Virus record (IMG/VR): IMGVR_UViG_3300037782_000115
Span: 1 to 64,000 of that record
DNA length: 64,000 bases
From: a virus
Strand: one strand, 5' to 3'
Shown here: piece by piece, positions 37,715 through 46,836 of the stretch
How the letters are laid out: the number at the start of each line of letters is the position of its first letter
How positions within the stretch are numbered: position 1 is the first letter of the stretch
Translations under genes and position numbers: made by a program
The notes under the pieces: generated by a model
Databases searched by the model: none
The model's input: the letters and a program-made list of their open reading frames with translations, nothing else
What the model was told of the DNA's origin: nothing

Positions 37715-38308
37715 ATGGACGCCACAATCACTGAGCTATATGACGCACACGAGAGGGGCGAGCTTACAGAGCACGACGCCCGATGGAAGACGGTGTGCAA
37801 ACACCTCGGCCGGATTGCAGCGGCGACCGTGGCGGGGAGCTCAAAGGGGCTCTATGGGGAGCCGTTCAACACAGCGGTCATGGCGGTGGAGACCGAGCTG
37901 CTTCGGAAGTTCATCAAGAAGAAGTTCGGAGGCCGGAGCCAGGACACGATTGACAGCCTCTTGGGCACAACCGCGCGCAACGACCTGTACGCACACTTCC
38001 GCAGGAGCAAGTCGCCCACACCGGTCTACTTCGACGGCGCCGAGGAGACGTGGGAGAGCCCGAAGTCGACGCCAGAACACGAACACGACATATTCGGCGA
38101 AGTCAGGAAGATGATGCGGCCCGTCCGGTTTGTCGAATACCCGCACGCAAAGGAGATCGTCCTCGCCGCGTTTCTAGCCACAGGAAAGATGCCAGACTCG
38201 CGTGTACTTGAACTCGCCGGTGTCAAAAAAACAGAGAGGCAGGCTGTCCTGAACAGCATCATCTTTAGCATAAACAACGCCATGATGGGGCTGTGTAGTG
38301 CTGCATAA
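37715..38308 (+). CDS. Possible divergent sigma-70/ECF-like factor
   Basis: SLLGTTARNDLYAHFRR resembles ECF region 2.3-2.4; helical C-domain; 197 aa. Confidence 0.4.
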   Translation: MDATITELYDAHERGELTEHDARWKTVCKHLGRIAAATVAGSSKGLYGEPFNTAVMAVETELLRKFIKKKFGGRSQDTIDSLLGTTARNDLYAHFRRSKSPTPVYFDGAEETWESPKSTPEHEHDIFGEVRKMMRPVRFVEYPHAKEIVLAAFLATGKMPDSRVLELAGVKKTERQAVLNSIIFSINNAMMGLCSAA

Positions 38309-39065
38309 ACTGCTACAAACACCCGAGAGGCGGGGGACGATTGCACCCGAGATCATCGAGTTCTTCGCGACTCATGATGAGGGCGGCGATATGCTCGAGA
38401 AGTTCATCCTGGCATTCGCGGGTACGTCATTCACAATGCCGGACCACAGCTTCTTCGCGAGACTAAACAGAGACAAAGAACTCATTCGGGCAGTCAAAAG
38501 AGACGGTCGGCCCAAGGCGGTTATCGCCGCAATTACAAGCGCCGGAGTCAGCTATGCCTATCTCCAGAATCTGTGGATCGCCGTTGAGGGACGCATGCTC
38601 CAAGGGCCTGAGATCCACGGCGGCCGGGCCGTGGCGATCGAAGCCGCCAAAGACCTGTTGCTCGAGCACCCAACGGCCACCAACGACATAGTCTCGATAT
38701 ACACACTCAACGCAAGAGAGAGGGCTGAGTGCATGCTCAAGGTGTCCGCGGCAAGGGCTGGAAACACAAACACGCCGAAGTCAAAGCCTGTCACCACGCC
38801 GAGAAGCGGGAACACGAGGGCGGCAAGGGGCGACACGGGTGTGGAGGCCGCGATGCGGAAACGCATCACGGGCACCCAGAAAACGATCCTTGCCGCCCTC
38901 CGGGGCGCGAAGAAGCGTCTCGGCGGCGAAGAAATCAGGGACGCGATCGGCGGGTCGAGCGTGCCAACACGCTCGCTCAACAGCCTGCTCGACCTTGGGC
39001 TCATCAGCGAGTCCAAAGCGGGCAAGTTCAAATGCACAAACCTCGGAGCGGAGGTCTCGAAATGA
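38298..39065 (+). CDS. Mor/C-like transcription activator domain plus C-terminal wHTH
   Basis: FILAFAGTSFTMP......RDKEL resembles Mor FGG..xP...R; C-terminal TQKTILAAL...EEIRDAIG...LNSLLDLGLI. Confidence 0.45.
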   Translation: MLHKLLQTPERRGTIAPEIIEFFATHDEGGDMLEKFILAFAGTSFTMPDHSFFARLNRDKELIRAVKRDGRPKAVIAAITSAGVSYAYLQNLWIAVEGRMLQGPEIHGGRAVAIEAAKDLLLEHPTATNDIVSIYTLNARERAECMLKVSAARAGNTNTPKSKPVTTPRSGNTRAARGDTGVEAAMRKRITGTQKTILAALRGAKKRLGGEEIRDAIGGSSVPTRSLNSLLDLGLISESKAGKFKCTNLGAEVSK

Positions 39066-39970
39066 AGGTCGAGGGAACGCCGTCGCCATGGTTTGGTGGG
39101 AAGTGGGAGATGCCGTGGCTTCTCGACCTATTCCCTGACCCAGAACAAATCCACACGTATGTCGAGCCCTACGGGGGCATGTGCGGCCTCATGCTCAGGA
39201 AGATGCCTTCCCCGGTCGAGGTTTACAACGACGTCAACAGCGCGTTGGTCACCTTCTGGAAGGCTGTCAGGCTCTACCCTGACGAGCTTGCTCGCGCGGT
39301 CGAGCTCACACCGATCAGCTACGAGGAGTGGAGCAGCGCCAAGGCAGCGCTGCGAGAGCTCAAGGACACAGACGGACTCGACAAGGATCAGATCGTTGAG
39401 GTCGCCAGGCAGTTCATCGTCATGTCCAGACAATCGATGGCCGGCGCTCCCGGCAGATCGTGGCAGGCCTCGGTCACCCATAGCCGGCGAGGAATGGCAT
39501 CGACGTGCTCGGCGTGGCTTAACCTCCCCGAAACCGTGGTGCAGTGTGGGCAGCGGTTCAAGTCGGTGCAGATTGAGCACAGGCCGGCTGTGCATGTGAT
39601 TAAGAAGTACGACACACCAAAGACACTGTTCTACCTCGACCCCCCCTACATGCCCGAAACATGTAAGACGGGGGTGTACTCGGCCTCCGGCGGCGCCGAG
39701 ATGAGCCCGGCCGACCACGCCGTAATGCTTCGTGCAATCAGGGATATCGAGGGATCGGCGGTATTGTCGGGATATGACAGCGACCTGTACAACAAATGGC
39801 TCGACAGATGGGGGTGGCAAACCAAGGAAATCGAGGTCCCGTGCAGATCCGCGGTCACTACATCGGGGTCAGTCGCCGAGAGGACAACCCGGATCGAGAA
39901 GGTTTGGTATAAATACAACGACGGAATGAAGCCGGAAGCGGCAAAAACCCTGTTCTGTGACAACGGATAG
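39062..39970 (+). CDS. Dam/D12-class DNA adenine methyltransferase
   Basis: W.GGK, YVEPYGG, EVYND, FYLDPPY, LSGY; ATGA overlap. Confidence 0.9.
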   Translation: MKVEGTPSPWFGGKWEMPWLLDLFPDPEQIHTYVEPYGGMCGLMLRKMPSPVEVYNDVNSALVTFWKAVRLYPDELARAVELTPISYEEWSSAKAALRELKDTDGLDKDQIVEVARQFIVMSRQSMAGAPGRSWQASVTHSRRGMASTCSAWLNLPETVVQCGQRFKSVQIEHRPAVHVIKKYDTPKTLFYLDPPYMPETCKTGVYSASGGAEMSPADHAVMLRAIRDIEGSAVLSGYDSDLYNKWLDRWGWQTKEIEVPCRSAVTTSGSVAERTTRIEKVWYKYNDGMKPEAAKTLFCDNG

Positions 39971-39991
39971 TTTAACACAAGGAGCTTCATT

Positions 39992-40414
39992 GTGAACATC
40001 AGACTGAATGTTGGCGAAACGGCGCGTATCAGCCTCGAGACCAAGGGCGGCACACTCGAGGGCAACTACGAATGGGAATCATTGCCTCCCGGCTCGGTGA
40101 TCAATCTGGATCCGCAAGAATCGGAGGGCACGCGCGTCGCCGAAGTCACCGCCAACGGGGTGGGCACAGCGACCTTCCGCGCCCGCGGCATGATCGCACC
40201 GGCCAGCGGCGGCCCTGCCGTGTCCGACTACATCGACATCACTGTGCAAGTGGTCAAGGGACCGCACACGCGCGGCGCAGTCGAGTATTCCGAGCCGGCC
40301 AGGCAGTTCGACGGCACGCATGAGTCCGGGCACGCCGGGCCGGATGAGCCGACGGGCGGCGAAGACGGTGCCGAAGCCGGCAGCGGAGACGGCGCCGAGA
40401 GCGGAACCGATTGA
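39992..40414 (+). CDS. Small Ig-like beta-sandwich protein with acidic Gly-rich tail
   Basis: AAGGAG RBS; L.VGET..I, W.S, VTA.GVGTA pattern. Confidence 0.55.
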   Translation: MNIRLNVGETARISLETKGGTLEGNYEWESLPPGSVINLDPQESEGTRVAEVTANGVGTATFRARGMIAPASGGPAVSDYIDITVQVVKGPHTRGAVEYSEPARQFDGTHESGHAGPDEPTGGEDGAEAGSGDGAESGTD

Positions 40415-40417
40415 CCC

Positions 40418-40449
40418 ATGACCGCGGCCGCGAAAGCAGCCGCGGTCAT
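40418..40449. promoter_or_regulatory. Strong hairpin ending 2 nt before the ABC-ATPase ATG
   Basis: ATGACCGCGGC-CGC-GAAA-GCA-GCCGCGGTCAT. Confidence 0.6.
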
Positions 40450-40451
40450 TT

Positions 40452-41141
40452 ATGGTAACAAAGATCAGGCTGTCGAGGTCGTTCAAGACCCGTGTTGAAC
40501 CGACGCCACTGGTGGTCCAGTGCGCCGGCATGTTCGGCATAGGCGTGGACGAGGACATCGACATCACGCTGTACTCCGGCCTCCAGGTCACGCTTGGCGA
40601 GGGCCGGGTGATCTACATCACCGGAGACAGCGGGGCTGGCAAGTCGTGCCTGCTCAGAGATATTGTGTCCCACAAGGAAACAAACGCGAAGTTCCGGGTA
40701 GTCTCCGACCGCGACATCGAAGACATGCCGGACAAGCCGCTAGTCGATCAATTCGGCGACATGCCGCTAATCAAGATCGGTGAGCTTCTGGCGTTTGTCG
40801 GCATATCAGAGGCGTTTGTCTATCTACGAAAGCCCAAAGAACTATCAGACGGTCAACGCTATCGGTTCAAGCTGGCGATGATGATCTATGAATCGATCAA
40901 GGAGACCGAGGACAAAAGAACGCCGCTGATCACCGTCGACGAATACTTGGCGTTCCTCGACCGGGAGACAGCGAAGAATGTGGCCTATCAAACCAGGAGG
41001 GCGTCGAGCAAATACGGATTCTGTGTTGTGGTGGCGACCACACACGCGGACATAGCCGAAGACCTACAAGCGAACCTCACAATCAAGTTACAAATGAACA
41101 TGCCGGCGGAGATCAAGAACACCGCCCTGGCCGGGGACTAA
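40452..41141 (+). CDS. Soluble ABC-type ATPase (COG2401 N-half-like)
   Basis: ITGDSGAGKS, LSDGQRYRF.LA, DEYLAFLDRETAK.VA, VATTH.D...DL; no permease nearby. Confidence 0.85.
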   Translation: MVTKIRLSRSFKTRVEPTPLVVQCAGMFGIGVDEDIDITLYSGLQVTLGEGRVIYITGDSGAGKSCLLRDIVSHKETNAKFRVVSDRDIEDMPDKPLVDQFGDMPLIKIGELLAFVGISEAFVYLRKPKELSDGQRYRFKLAMMIYESIKETEDKRTPLITVDEYLAFLDRETAKNVAYQTRRASSKYGFCVVVATTHADIAEDLQANLTIKLQMNMPAEIKNTALAGD

Positions 41142-41144
41142 GGA

Positions 41145-41897
41145 TTGAACCACGACATCCTCATCACGACCATACCAGGCCGCGCCGAAGAGGTGTTGCG
41201 CATTCAACTCGATCTCAGGAACGCCCTACTTGGATGCCGCGGCAAACACAGGGTCACAGTGATCTGTGACGGTGCGCTAACCGAAAAAATGTACGACAAC
41301 CTGATAACAACCGGGATCCACCGGCTCGTTGTGCATAAAGACCCACAAGGCCTGGCGTTCTCGATCAGCGAGTGGGCGATGTATCTCAGGCTGACCGAGC
41401 ACTACTACGGCGGCGCTAGCGAGAGAACCAGTCAGGAGATGAGCTTCACACCAGAAGTTTGCACGATGCTGCAAGACGATGTGGAACTCAACCACGACAT
41501 GTTCCCGTGGCTCGAGAAGAACCACGAAGAAGTGTTCCGTGCGGCCAACTGGTTTAGCGGCTATGACGCCAAAGAACACAAGAGGCAGGGCACAATCAAC
41601 GTCGGCGGCGTACCGCTGGTCGCAAGAGACATGGGGTGTGCGGTCAATCTCACAGCCATGTACCGGACGTGGATGAGGCTCACCCCAATCCCCAAAACAT
41701 TCGGCCCCCAGCGCGTAAGCAAGGGCGGGAACGACTACGGGCCGGATGTAGAAAGAGGGAACCCGTCCCGCACACCAAGGCTCGGGTCGAGAGTGGAGCA
41801 CTGGCTCCAGGGCGATAGCCCCAATTCTGGGCCGCTCAGGACTGTAATATACCCTGGCGGCGTCACACACAAAGGGGAGTCGACTTGGAACCGATAG
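41145..41897 (+). CDS. GT-A fold glycosyltransferase (GT2-like)
   Basis: ILITT, VICDG, QGL, MLQDDVE, C-terminal VTH.G.S; TTG start. Confidence 0.6.
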   Translation: MNHDILITTIPGRAEEVLRIQLDLRNALLGCRGKHRVTVICDGALTEKMYDNLITTGIHRLVVHKDPQGLAFSISEWAMYLRLTEHYYGGASERTSQEMSFTPEVCTMLQDDVELNHDMFPWLEKNHEEVFRAANWFSGYDAKEHKRQGTINVGGVPLVARDMGCAVNLTAMYRTWMRLTPIPKTFGPQRVSKGGNDYGPDVERGNPSRTPRLGSRVEHWLQGDSPNSGPLRTVIYPGGVTHKGESTWNR

Positions 41898-42622
41898 TCA
41901 TCGTAATGACCAGCGCCAGGCGCGGCCCAGACACTGTCGGCCACAGGGGCCAGAAGCCGCCCGAGCGGGATGTGGACTACACATCAGGATGCGTCGAGGA
42001 GCTTCGAAAGGCGAGCTCGAGGCCGCTCGAAATCCACCTGTTCCCGACCGCGCCAGACGCGCCCAGGGACGTGGGCGAGGATGTGACGCACTACAACCAC
42101 AAAACGATGGGTCTTGTTGAGAACAGCGACCGCATGATGCGATATGTTGCCTCACTCGACAAGCCCGCAATCCAGTGCCAAGACGACATCGTCTTGTGTC
42201 GCAACGCGATCGATCGCGTAGTTCAGGTGGTTAGCGAGGGGCGTCCGCCGAACGCGGGGCTGATCTCGTTCTACACACCAATCGCGGCCGGCCAACCGAG
42301 GGGGCTGTACCACTACCCAGCGGAGGCGCTTTATGCCACCATGCTCAACGTCTGGTACCCCAGCGCAGCCAGCGAGTTTGTGTTCGAGTGGTGGCACCCG
42401 AAGCGACTCTGTTACGGTGACCAAAAAACAGGCCCTCGCGGCGTCAAGGGCTGGGACCTTATGGTTCAATATTGGCTGAAATGGTCAAAGAAGTACCGGG
42501 CATACAGGCACATCCCGTGTCTTGCCCAGCACCGAGGCGTTGTATCGGCGAGCGCCAAGGCCGTAGGGCAAAGGACGTCGATGAACTTCAAGGGCGTCCA
42601 ATACGACGCCACGAAAGGCTGA
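41885..42622 (+). CDS. GT-A fold glycosyltransferase (GT25/GT54-like)
   Basis: VMTSARR..DY, QDDIVLC, LISFY, WD, PCLAQHRG..S. Confidence 0.65.
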   Translation: MEPIVIVMTSARRGPDTVGHRGQKPPERDVDYTSGCVEELRKASSRPLEIHLFPTAPDAPRDVGEDVTHYNHKTMGLVENSDRMMRYVASLDKPAIQCQDDIVLCRNAIDRVVQVVSEGRPPNAGLISFYTPIAAGQPRGLYHYPAEALYATMLNVWYPSAASEFVFEWWHPKRLCYGDQKTGPRGVKGWDLMVQYWLKWSKKYRAYRHIPCLAQHRGVVSASAKAVGQRTSMNFKGVQYDATKG

Positions 42623-42625
42623 CCA

Positions 42626-43549
42626 ATGGAAAATGAAACAGTGATCTATGGCCCGTATGTCGGCGAATTTGGTTGGGAGGTCCACGCGTGGGCACCGCAC
42701 GTCTGCACCGACATTTCTCTGCACGCGGAAGAGGGGCACACAGAGAGGCGGATCATCGTCTGCCCGGTCGGCTCGGAGGCCCTGTACTCAAGGGCCGTAG
42801 AACACGGCGCGGAGTTGTTCACCATCAACAGGCCCGAGGGCGTGTCGGCCGAGTGGATGAGCTTGTCGCCGAACAGCCCAACGGACGCCATCGTCGCGAT
42901 CAAGAGCGAGATCGAGGCGAGGTTTGGGGCTGTCAGATACCACGAGCCGCAGCCGGGATCGAAGTACGCGCAGGACATCACCGACAACCGGGTCGATAGC
43001 CCCAGGCACGACTACTCTGTCAGTGGCCCGCACGGTCCCGACGAGAGCAAGTACCTCGGCCCCGGCAAGAAGAGCCAGAAGATTGTGATCGGCGTCGTAG
43101 CCCGCGGGCGCAAGGACCTCGGGCAGGAACGAAACTTCGCCGGCTGGGACGAGCTTGTCTTGAGCCTCAGAAATAGGATGCCCGGGTGTGAGGTCCGCAG
43201 TCTTGGCACAGAGGCGGGCAACAGGCACTTCGGCGAGATCGATCTTCGAACCTACCCCGACGCCGGCCTCTTCATCACCAACGCGCGGCGTTGCCACCTG
43301 CTTGTCGGCGAATCCAGCGGAACGATGCACTTGGCGGTGGCGGCCGGCGTCCCGTCTGTGGTCTTCGGCCCAGACCGCGGCCGCGAGCGGTATCGTCGAG
43401 ACAACGTCTGTGGTGTGCCGATGATGTTCATCCCAAGCACCGAGCCCAATCCTGTTATAGTGGCAAGGCAGGTGCACCGCCTCATTCAGACCCTCCGGGG
43501 CAGCAACGAATACATCAACCAACTGGAGCCGCGCGGAAATGTCGACTAA
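42626..43549 (+). CDS. GT-B fold glycosyltransferase (GT9, heptosyltransferase-like)
   Basis: GEFGWE, RNF..W.EL, LLVGESSGTMHLAVAAGVPSVVFG. Confidence 0.75.
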   Translation: MENETVIYGPYVGEFGWEVHAWAPHVCTDISLHAEEGHTERRIIVCPVGSEALYSRAVEHGAELFTINRPEGVSAEWMSLSPNSPTDAIVAIKSEIEARFGAVRYHEPQPGSKYAQDITDNRVDSPRHDYSVSGPHGPDESKYLGPGKKSQKIVIGVVARGRKDLGQERNFAGWDELVLSLRNRMPGCEVRSLGTEAGNRHFGEIDLRTYPDAGLFITNARRCHLLVGESSGTMHLAVAAGVPSVVFGPDRGRERYRRDNVCGVPMMFIPSTEPNPVIVARQVHRLIQTLRGSNEYINQLEPRGNVD

Positions 43550-44144
43550 ATACGACCCAAAGACGTACTTCACCAAACGGTGCGAGAGGCAGGGAAGCCA
43601 ATATGTCACGAGGCACGGCGCCACGCCCGAGTTCTTCCAGCAACAGATGAAGGACTTCGCCTCACACCTGCCAAACCTGCCGGCGGACGTGAGAGTGCTC
43701 GACTACGGGTGCGGCGTTGGCAGGCTTCTCGACCAGCTTGCGGGCTTCGACGAGTATGCGGGCGTCGACATCGTGGAGAAGGCGATCGAAATCGCCCACA
43801 CCGCTCACGACATGGAGCACTACGGCGGCAGGGCCCGGTTCTACGCCCTTGGAGACGACGGCAGGATCCCGTTCGACGACAACCACTTCAACCTGTCGTG
43901 TGCGATCACCGTGTTCCAACACATCCCAGAGGACCTGGTGCTCGACGTGCTCGACGAATTCAAGAGGGTGTCCCTTGGCCGCGTGATGATCATCGACACG
44001 AACGAGGACAGCACTGCGGCCCACATGTTCAAAAGGCCGCCTGCGTTCTACACAGACCTGCTCGGGCTCAGTAGGCCTGAGCACAAGATCATCGACGTGG
44101 ATCATCCCGGCTCACACTACGTGCTGCATGGTGAGATCAAATGA
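43539..44144 (+). CDS. Class I SAM-dependent methyltransferase
   Basis: VLDYGCGVGR, GVDI, IPF.D..F, TVFQHIP. Confidence 0.9.
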   Translation: MSTKYDPKTYFTKRCERQGSQYVTRHGATPEFFQQQMKDFASHLPNLPADVRVLDYGCGVGRLLDQLAGFDEYAGVDIVEKAIEIAHTAHDMEHYGGRARFYALGDDGRIPFDDNHFNLSCAITVFQHIPEDLVLDVLDEFKRVSLGRVMIIDTNEDSTAAHMFKRPPAFYTDLLGLSRPEHKIIDVDHPGSHYVLHGEIK

Positions 44145-44722
44145 GCTTCATTGTCACAGGACTCGGCAGATCGGGAACGACATGGTTGGCCGCGCAGCTG
44201 GCCAAGGGCGACCACATTGTGGGCCACGAGGGGAAGAAAGACGCCTCTCGCGGCCCACACGACCTGGTAAGGGCCTACAACGAGAGGCGAAGGGGAAGAC
44301 ACGCCTACGGCGAGGTCAACAGCTATCTGAGACACTGTTTACACCTTGTCGACACCGACGTGGCCGCGTTGCTCATCAGGCACCCGGACAGTCTCTGGGC
44401 TTCCGCTTACCGGTGGAGAAAAAAGAGGGGCGATGTTGACCTAAAGAAGCTCAACAAAGACGTCCAGGACGGCCTCTGGATCATCGCAAGGTTCCACGGG
44501 TACGGCGTGCCCGTGTTCCGAATCGAAGACCTGTCGGCCGACAAGGACGAGGTCTGCCGAATGGCTGACTACCTTGGGGTCTGTGTCAACAAGGACCAGA
44601 TCAAACTCGATGCGATGAACACATCAACACACTGCGAAGTCCCGCCCGTCGGCGACCAGTTCGAGTGGTTCGCAAACAAGTTCTATTCGGCCACCTCGCC
44701 GCGGGCCGCGTCGGGCTCGTAA
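44141..44722 (+). CDS. Sulfotransferase-fold protein
   Basis: FIVTGLGRSGTTWLA (5'-PSB loop), HE, IRHP....S (3'-PB), RIEDL. Confidence 0.75.
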   Translation: MSFIVTGLGRSGTTWLAAQLAKGDHIVGHEGKKDASRGPHDLVRAYNERRRGRHAYGEVNSYLRHCLHLVDTDVAALLIRHPDSLWASAYRWRKKRGDVDLKKLNKDVQDGLWIIARFHGYGVPVFRIEDLSADKDEVCRMADYLGVCVNKDQIKLDAMNTSTHCEVPPVGDQFEWFANKFYSATSPRAASGS

Positions 44723-44761
44723 GCACCAGAGGGAGGGCTCGGGAACGGGCTGGGCCGTAAT

Positions 44762-45559
44762 ATGCAAATCACAATCACAGCAGAGACGCGGGAGGTTGAG
44801 CCTGTCAAGAAGCCGTGCTCACTGCTTGGCGAGTGCATTATCGAAGACGGCGAATCGGCGGACTACAAGAAGCTCGCCGGTTACCACTATCGCGACACCG
44901 GCTTCCCCCCGGGCGTGCACCACATTTACCGCGCCAGACACGCCGCGTCCGGCAAAACCGTTGGTGTTATCGTTTACGCAGTGCCGGCGCTGAACCTTGC
45001 TGTGCGAAACAAGATATTCGGTGATCGGTATAAGATCGGCGGCAGTGTGGCGACAAATGTGCCGAGGTCTCAGCGACTCAACGCCGAAATGGAGCTCATC
45101 ATCCGCGTGGTGGTGCACCCGACGTTCCGCGGCACAGGACTCGGCCGAAGGATCGTCGCCGAAACCCTACCGCTGAGGCCCTACAGATACATCGAGGCCT
45201 CAGCGGCAATGGGCAACATCAACCCGTTCTTCGAGAGAGCGGGCATGACGCCGGTCCAGGTCTCCAAGACCGAGCTGACCGTCAGGGTGCTCGGCGCACT
45301 CAGGTCGTTTGGGATGACTGACGAGGAGATTGCCAACTGGCGTGCGATTGTTGACAAGCTCGAGTCACTTCAAGAAGAGAAGCGTGCGTGGCTGTGGAAA
45401 GAGCTCGAGAGATACGCGACAAGGTGGCTCAAGAGCAGGACCGGGCGCAAAATACACATCACGCCGGAGCTCGCCGCCAGACGCGTGGCAGCGAATGCCC
45501 TGATCCAGACGACGTACTTCATCTACGAGAACAAACACCTCGCGCCAAAGGCTAATTAG
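44762..45559 (+). CDS. GNAT acetyltransferase (COG2401 C-half, Mom-related)
   Basis: DY..LA.YHYR, VGVIVY..P, LN.E...I.RVVVHPTFRGTGLG, AMG..NPFFERAGM. Confidence 0.8.
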   Translation: MQITITAETREVEPVKKPCSLLGECIIEDGESADYKKLAGYHYRDTGFPPGVHHIYRARHAASGKTVGVIVYAVPALNLAVRNKIFGDRYKIGGSVATNVPRSQRLNAEMELIIRVVVHPTFRGTGLGRRIVAETLPLRPYRYIEASAAMGNINPFFERAGMTPVQVSKTELTVRVLGALRSFGMTDEEIANWRAIVDKLESLQEEKRAWLWKELERYATRWLKSRTGRKIHITPELAARRVAANALIQTTYFIYENKHLAPKAN

Positions 45560-46001
45560 GCGGCGAAATGTCCAGCCGCACACAGTCGATGGGAGCAAGA
45601 AACTCGTGGGTGGGAAACAAGCCAGACAGCGGCGACTTGTCCATGTCTTTGGTGTTAAACGGCCGACGCAACACCACACCCCTGTCGCCCACGTCCGGCG
45701 TTTTACAGACCACGAATCCGCCTATGTGGCGGCCCATCTGGGCGTCATGGACCTCGACCCGATCGCCCTCACTGAGCGGCCTTTTCATATGCAGGCACAT
45801 AACAGCCTCTTCAATAACGGACGGCCGCCAATACAACGCAGTATCTGTGTCGGAATCTCTGCCCACAACCCGCGGCCTGGTGATCTTTGTGATGTATCCA
45901 TAGACGGCGTGAGACACAGAGTACCGGTGGCTGTCTTCGCGGGCCTCAACAAGGTTGACCTTAAACGCGCCGGCGGTGTACGAAACATCCTTCTCAGGCA
46001 T
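45552..46001 (-). CDS. Hypothetical protein
   Basis: ATG (MPEKDVSY) overlapping the ASCH stop, GGAG RBS. Confidence 0.6.
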   Translation of the reverse strand: MPEKDVSYTAGAFKVNLVEAREDSHRYSVSHAVYGYITKITRPRVVGRDSDTDTALYWRPSVIEEAVMCLHMKRPLSEGDRVEVHDAQMGRHIGGFVVCKTPDVGDRGVVLRRPFNTKDMDKSPLSGLFPTHEFLAPIDCVRLDISPPN

Positions 46002-46449
46002 GACAAGCTTCTCCGATGGTTTCAAAGTGAGACAGGAGCTCGGGCGATAACGCAGAGCGACCAACATAGAACACCCGTTGCCTGCCAGGCAAAGGGACGG
46101 GCTTGCACGCCATGGGATTGCGCAAGAGCCAGCAAACGGGCCCGAACGACCAGGGGCAGTTCTGCCGAGATGGCGATGGCATGAGTGTGTGCCCATACAC
46201 CTCAACACTGCCAAGGATGGCCCCGGCCGGGTGTGCCTCGAGTATTTCTGGCCACAGGCGGCGAAGATCATCGAGCGTGTTGGCATCGATCTTCGCCTTC
46301 TTCTTCGATGCGTGCACCAGCATGCGGAAAGAGCCGTTGACCATAAGACTCTTGGGTGGCGGCCACGACCTGTTCTCGACAGGCTTCTTGCCGGACAGAA
46401 TGGCAGAGGCCCACGGCTGGTGTACAGAGAGCGTGGGGAATAAATCCAT
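45994..46449 (-). CDS. ASCH domain protein
   Basis: LSVHQPWASAILSGKKPVENRSW, LVHAS, GAILGSV, W.L.NP, PGRQ. Confidence 0.9.
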   Translation of the reverse strand: MDLFPTLSVHQPWASAILSGKKPVENRSWPPPKSLMVNGSFRMLVHASKKKAKIDANTLDDLRRLWPEILEAHPAGAILGSVEVYGHTLMPSPSRQNCPWSFGPVCWLLRNPMACKPVPLPGRQRVFYVGRSALSPELLSHFETIGEACHA

Positions 46450-46464
46450 GATGGATCTCCGTTG

Positions 46465-46836
46465 CTAAAACTCGCAATTTGTCCTGGTGAGCATGACCGC
46501 GTCGGCCATTCTGTCCAGCACATCTTGGCCCAGCCCGCACGGCGCCCCGTCTCGGTGGGCGATGTTCTCGGCGGCGAAGAACGCGTAAACCTGCTCGGGC
46601 GACTGGAACGCGTGGACCCTGCTGACCCCAAGGCGGGCAGCGCCGTCCAAGAGCTCTGAGACCTCTGGTGTCCGCTCGACCTCCTCAAACTCGATAGAGA
46701 TAGAAACGGGCCTCACGTGCGATTCAAGGCGGCCTACGCGGGCCCGGTTGATTTCGATGAGCATGTCGCAGGCGGCGTCGGCCGCAGAGAACACGGACGC
46801 GGTGTGGGGCAAGCTAACCGTTATATTCCTGTTCAA
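46465..46836 (-). CDS. Hypothetical protein
   Basis: TTG start after AAGGAG. Confidence 0.55.
   Translation of the reverse strand: MNRNITVSLPHTASVFSAADAACDMLIEINRARVGRLESHVRPVSISIEFEEVERTPEVSELLDGAARLGVSRVHAFQSPEQVYAFFAAENIAHRDGAPCGLGQDVLDRMADAVMLTRTNCEF

Noticed and set aside
38729-39061. N-terminal extension of the Dam ORF in the track
   Set aside because: Overlaps ORF 38298-39065; ATG 39062 has a GGAGG RBS and an ATGA overlap
46002-46688. Long N-terminal extension of ORF 45552-46688
   Set aside because: Overlaps the ASCH gene in another frame; real start likely 46001
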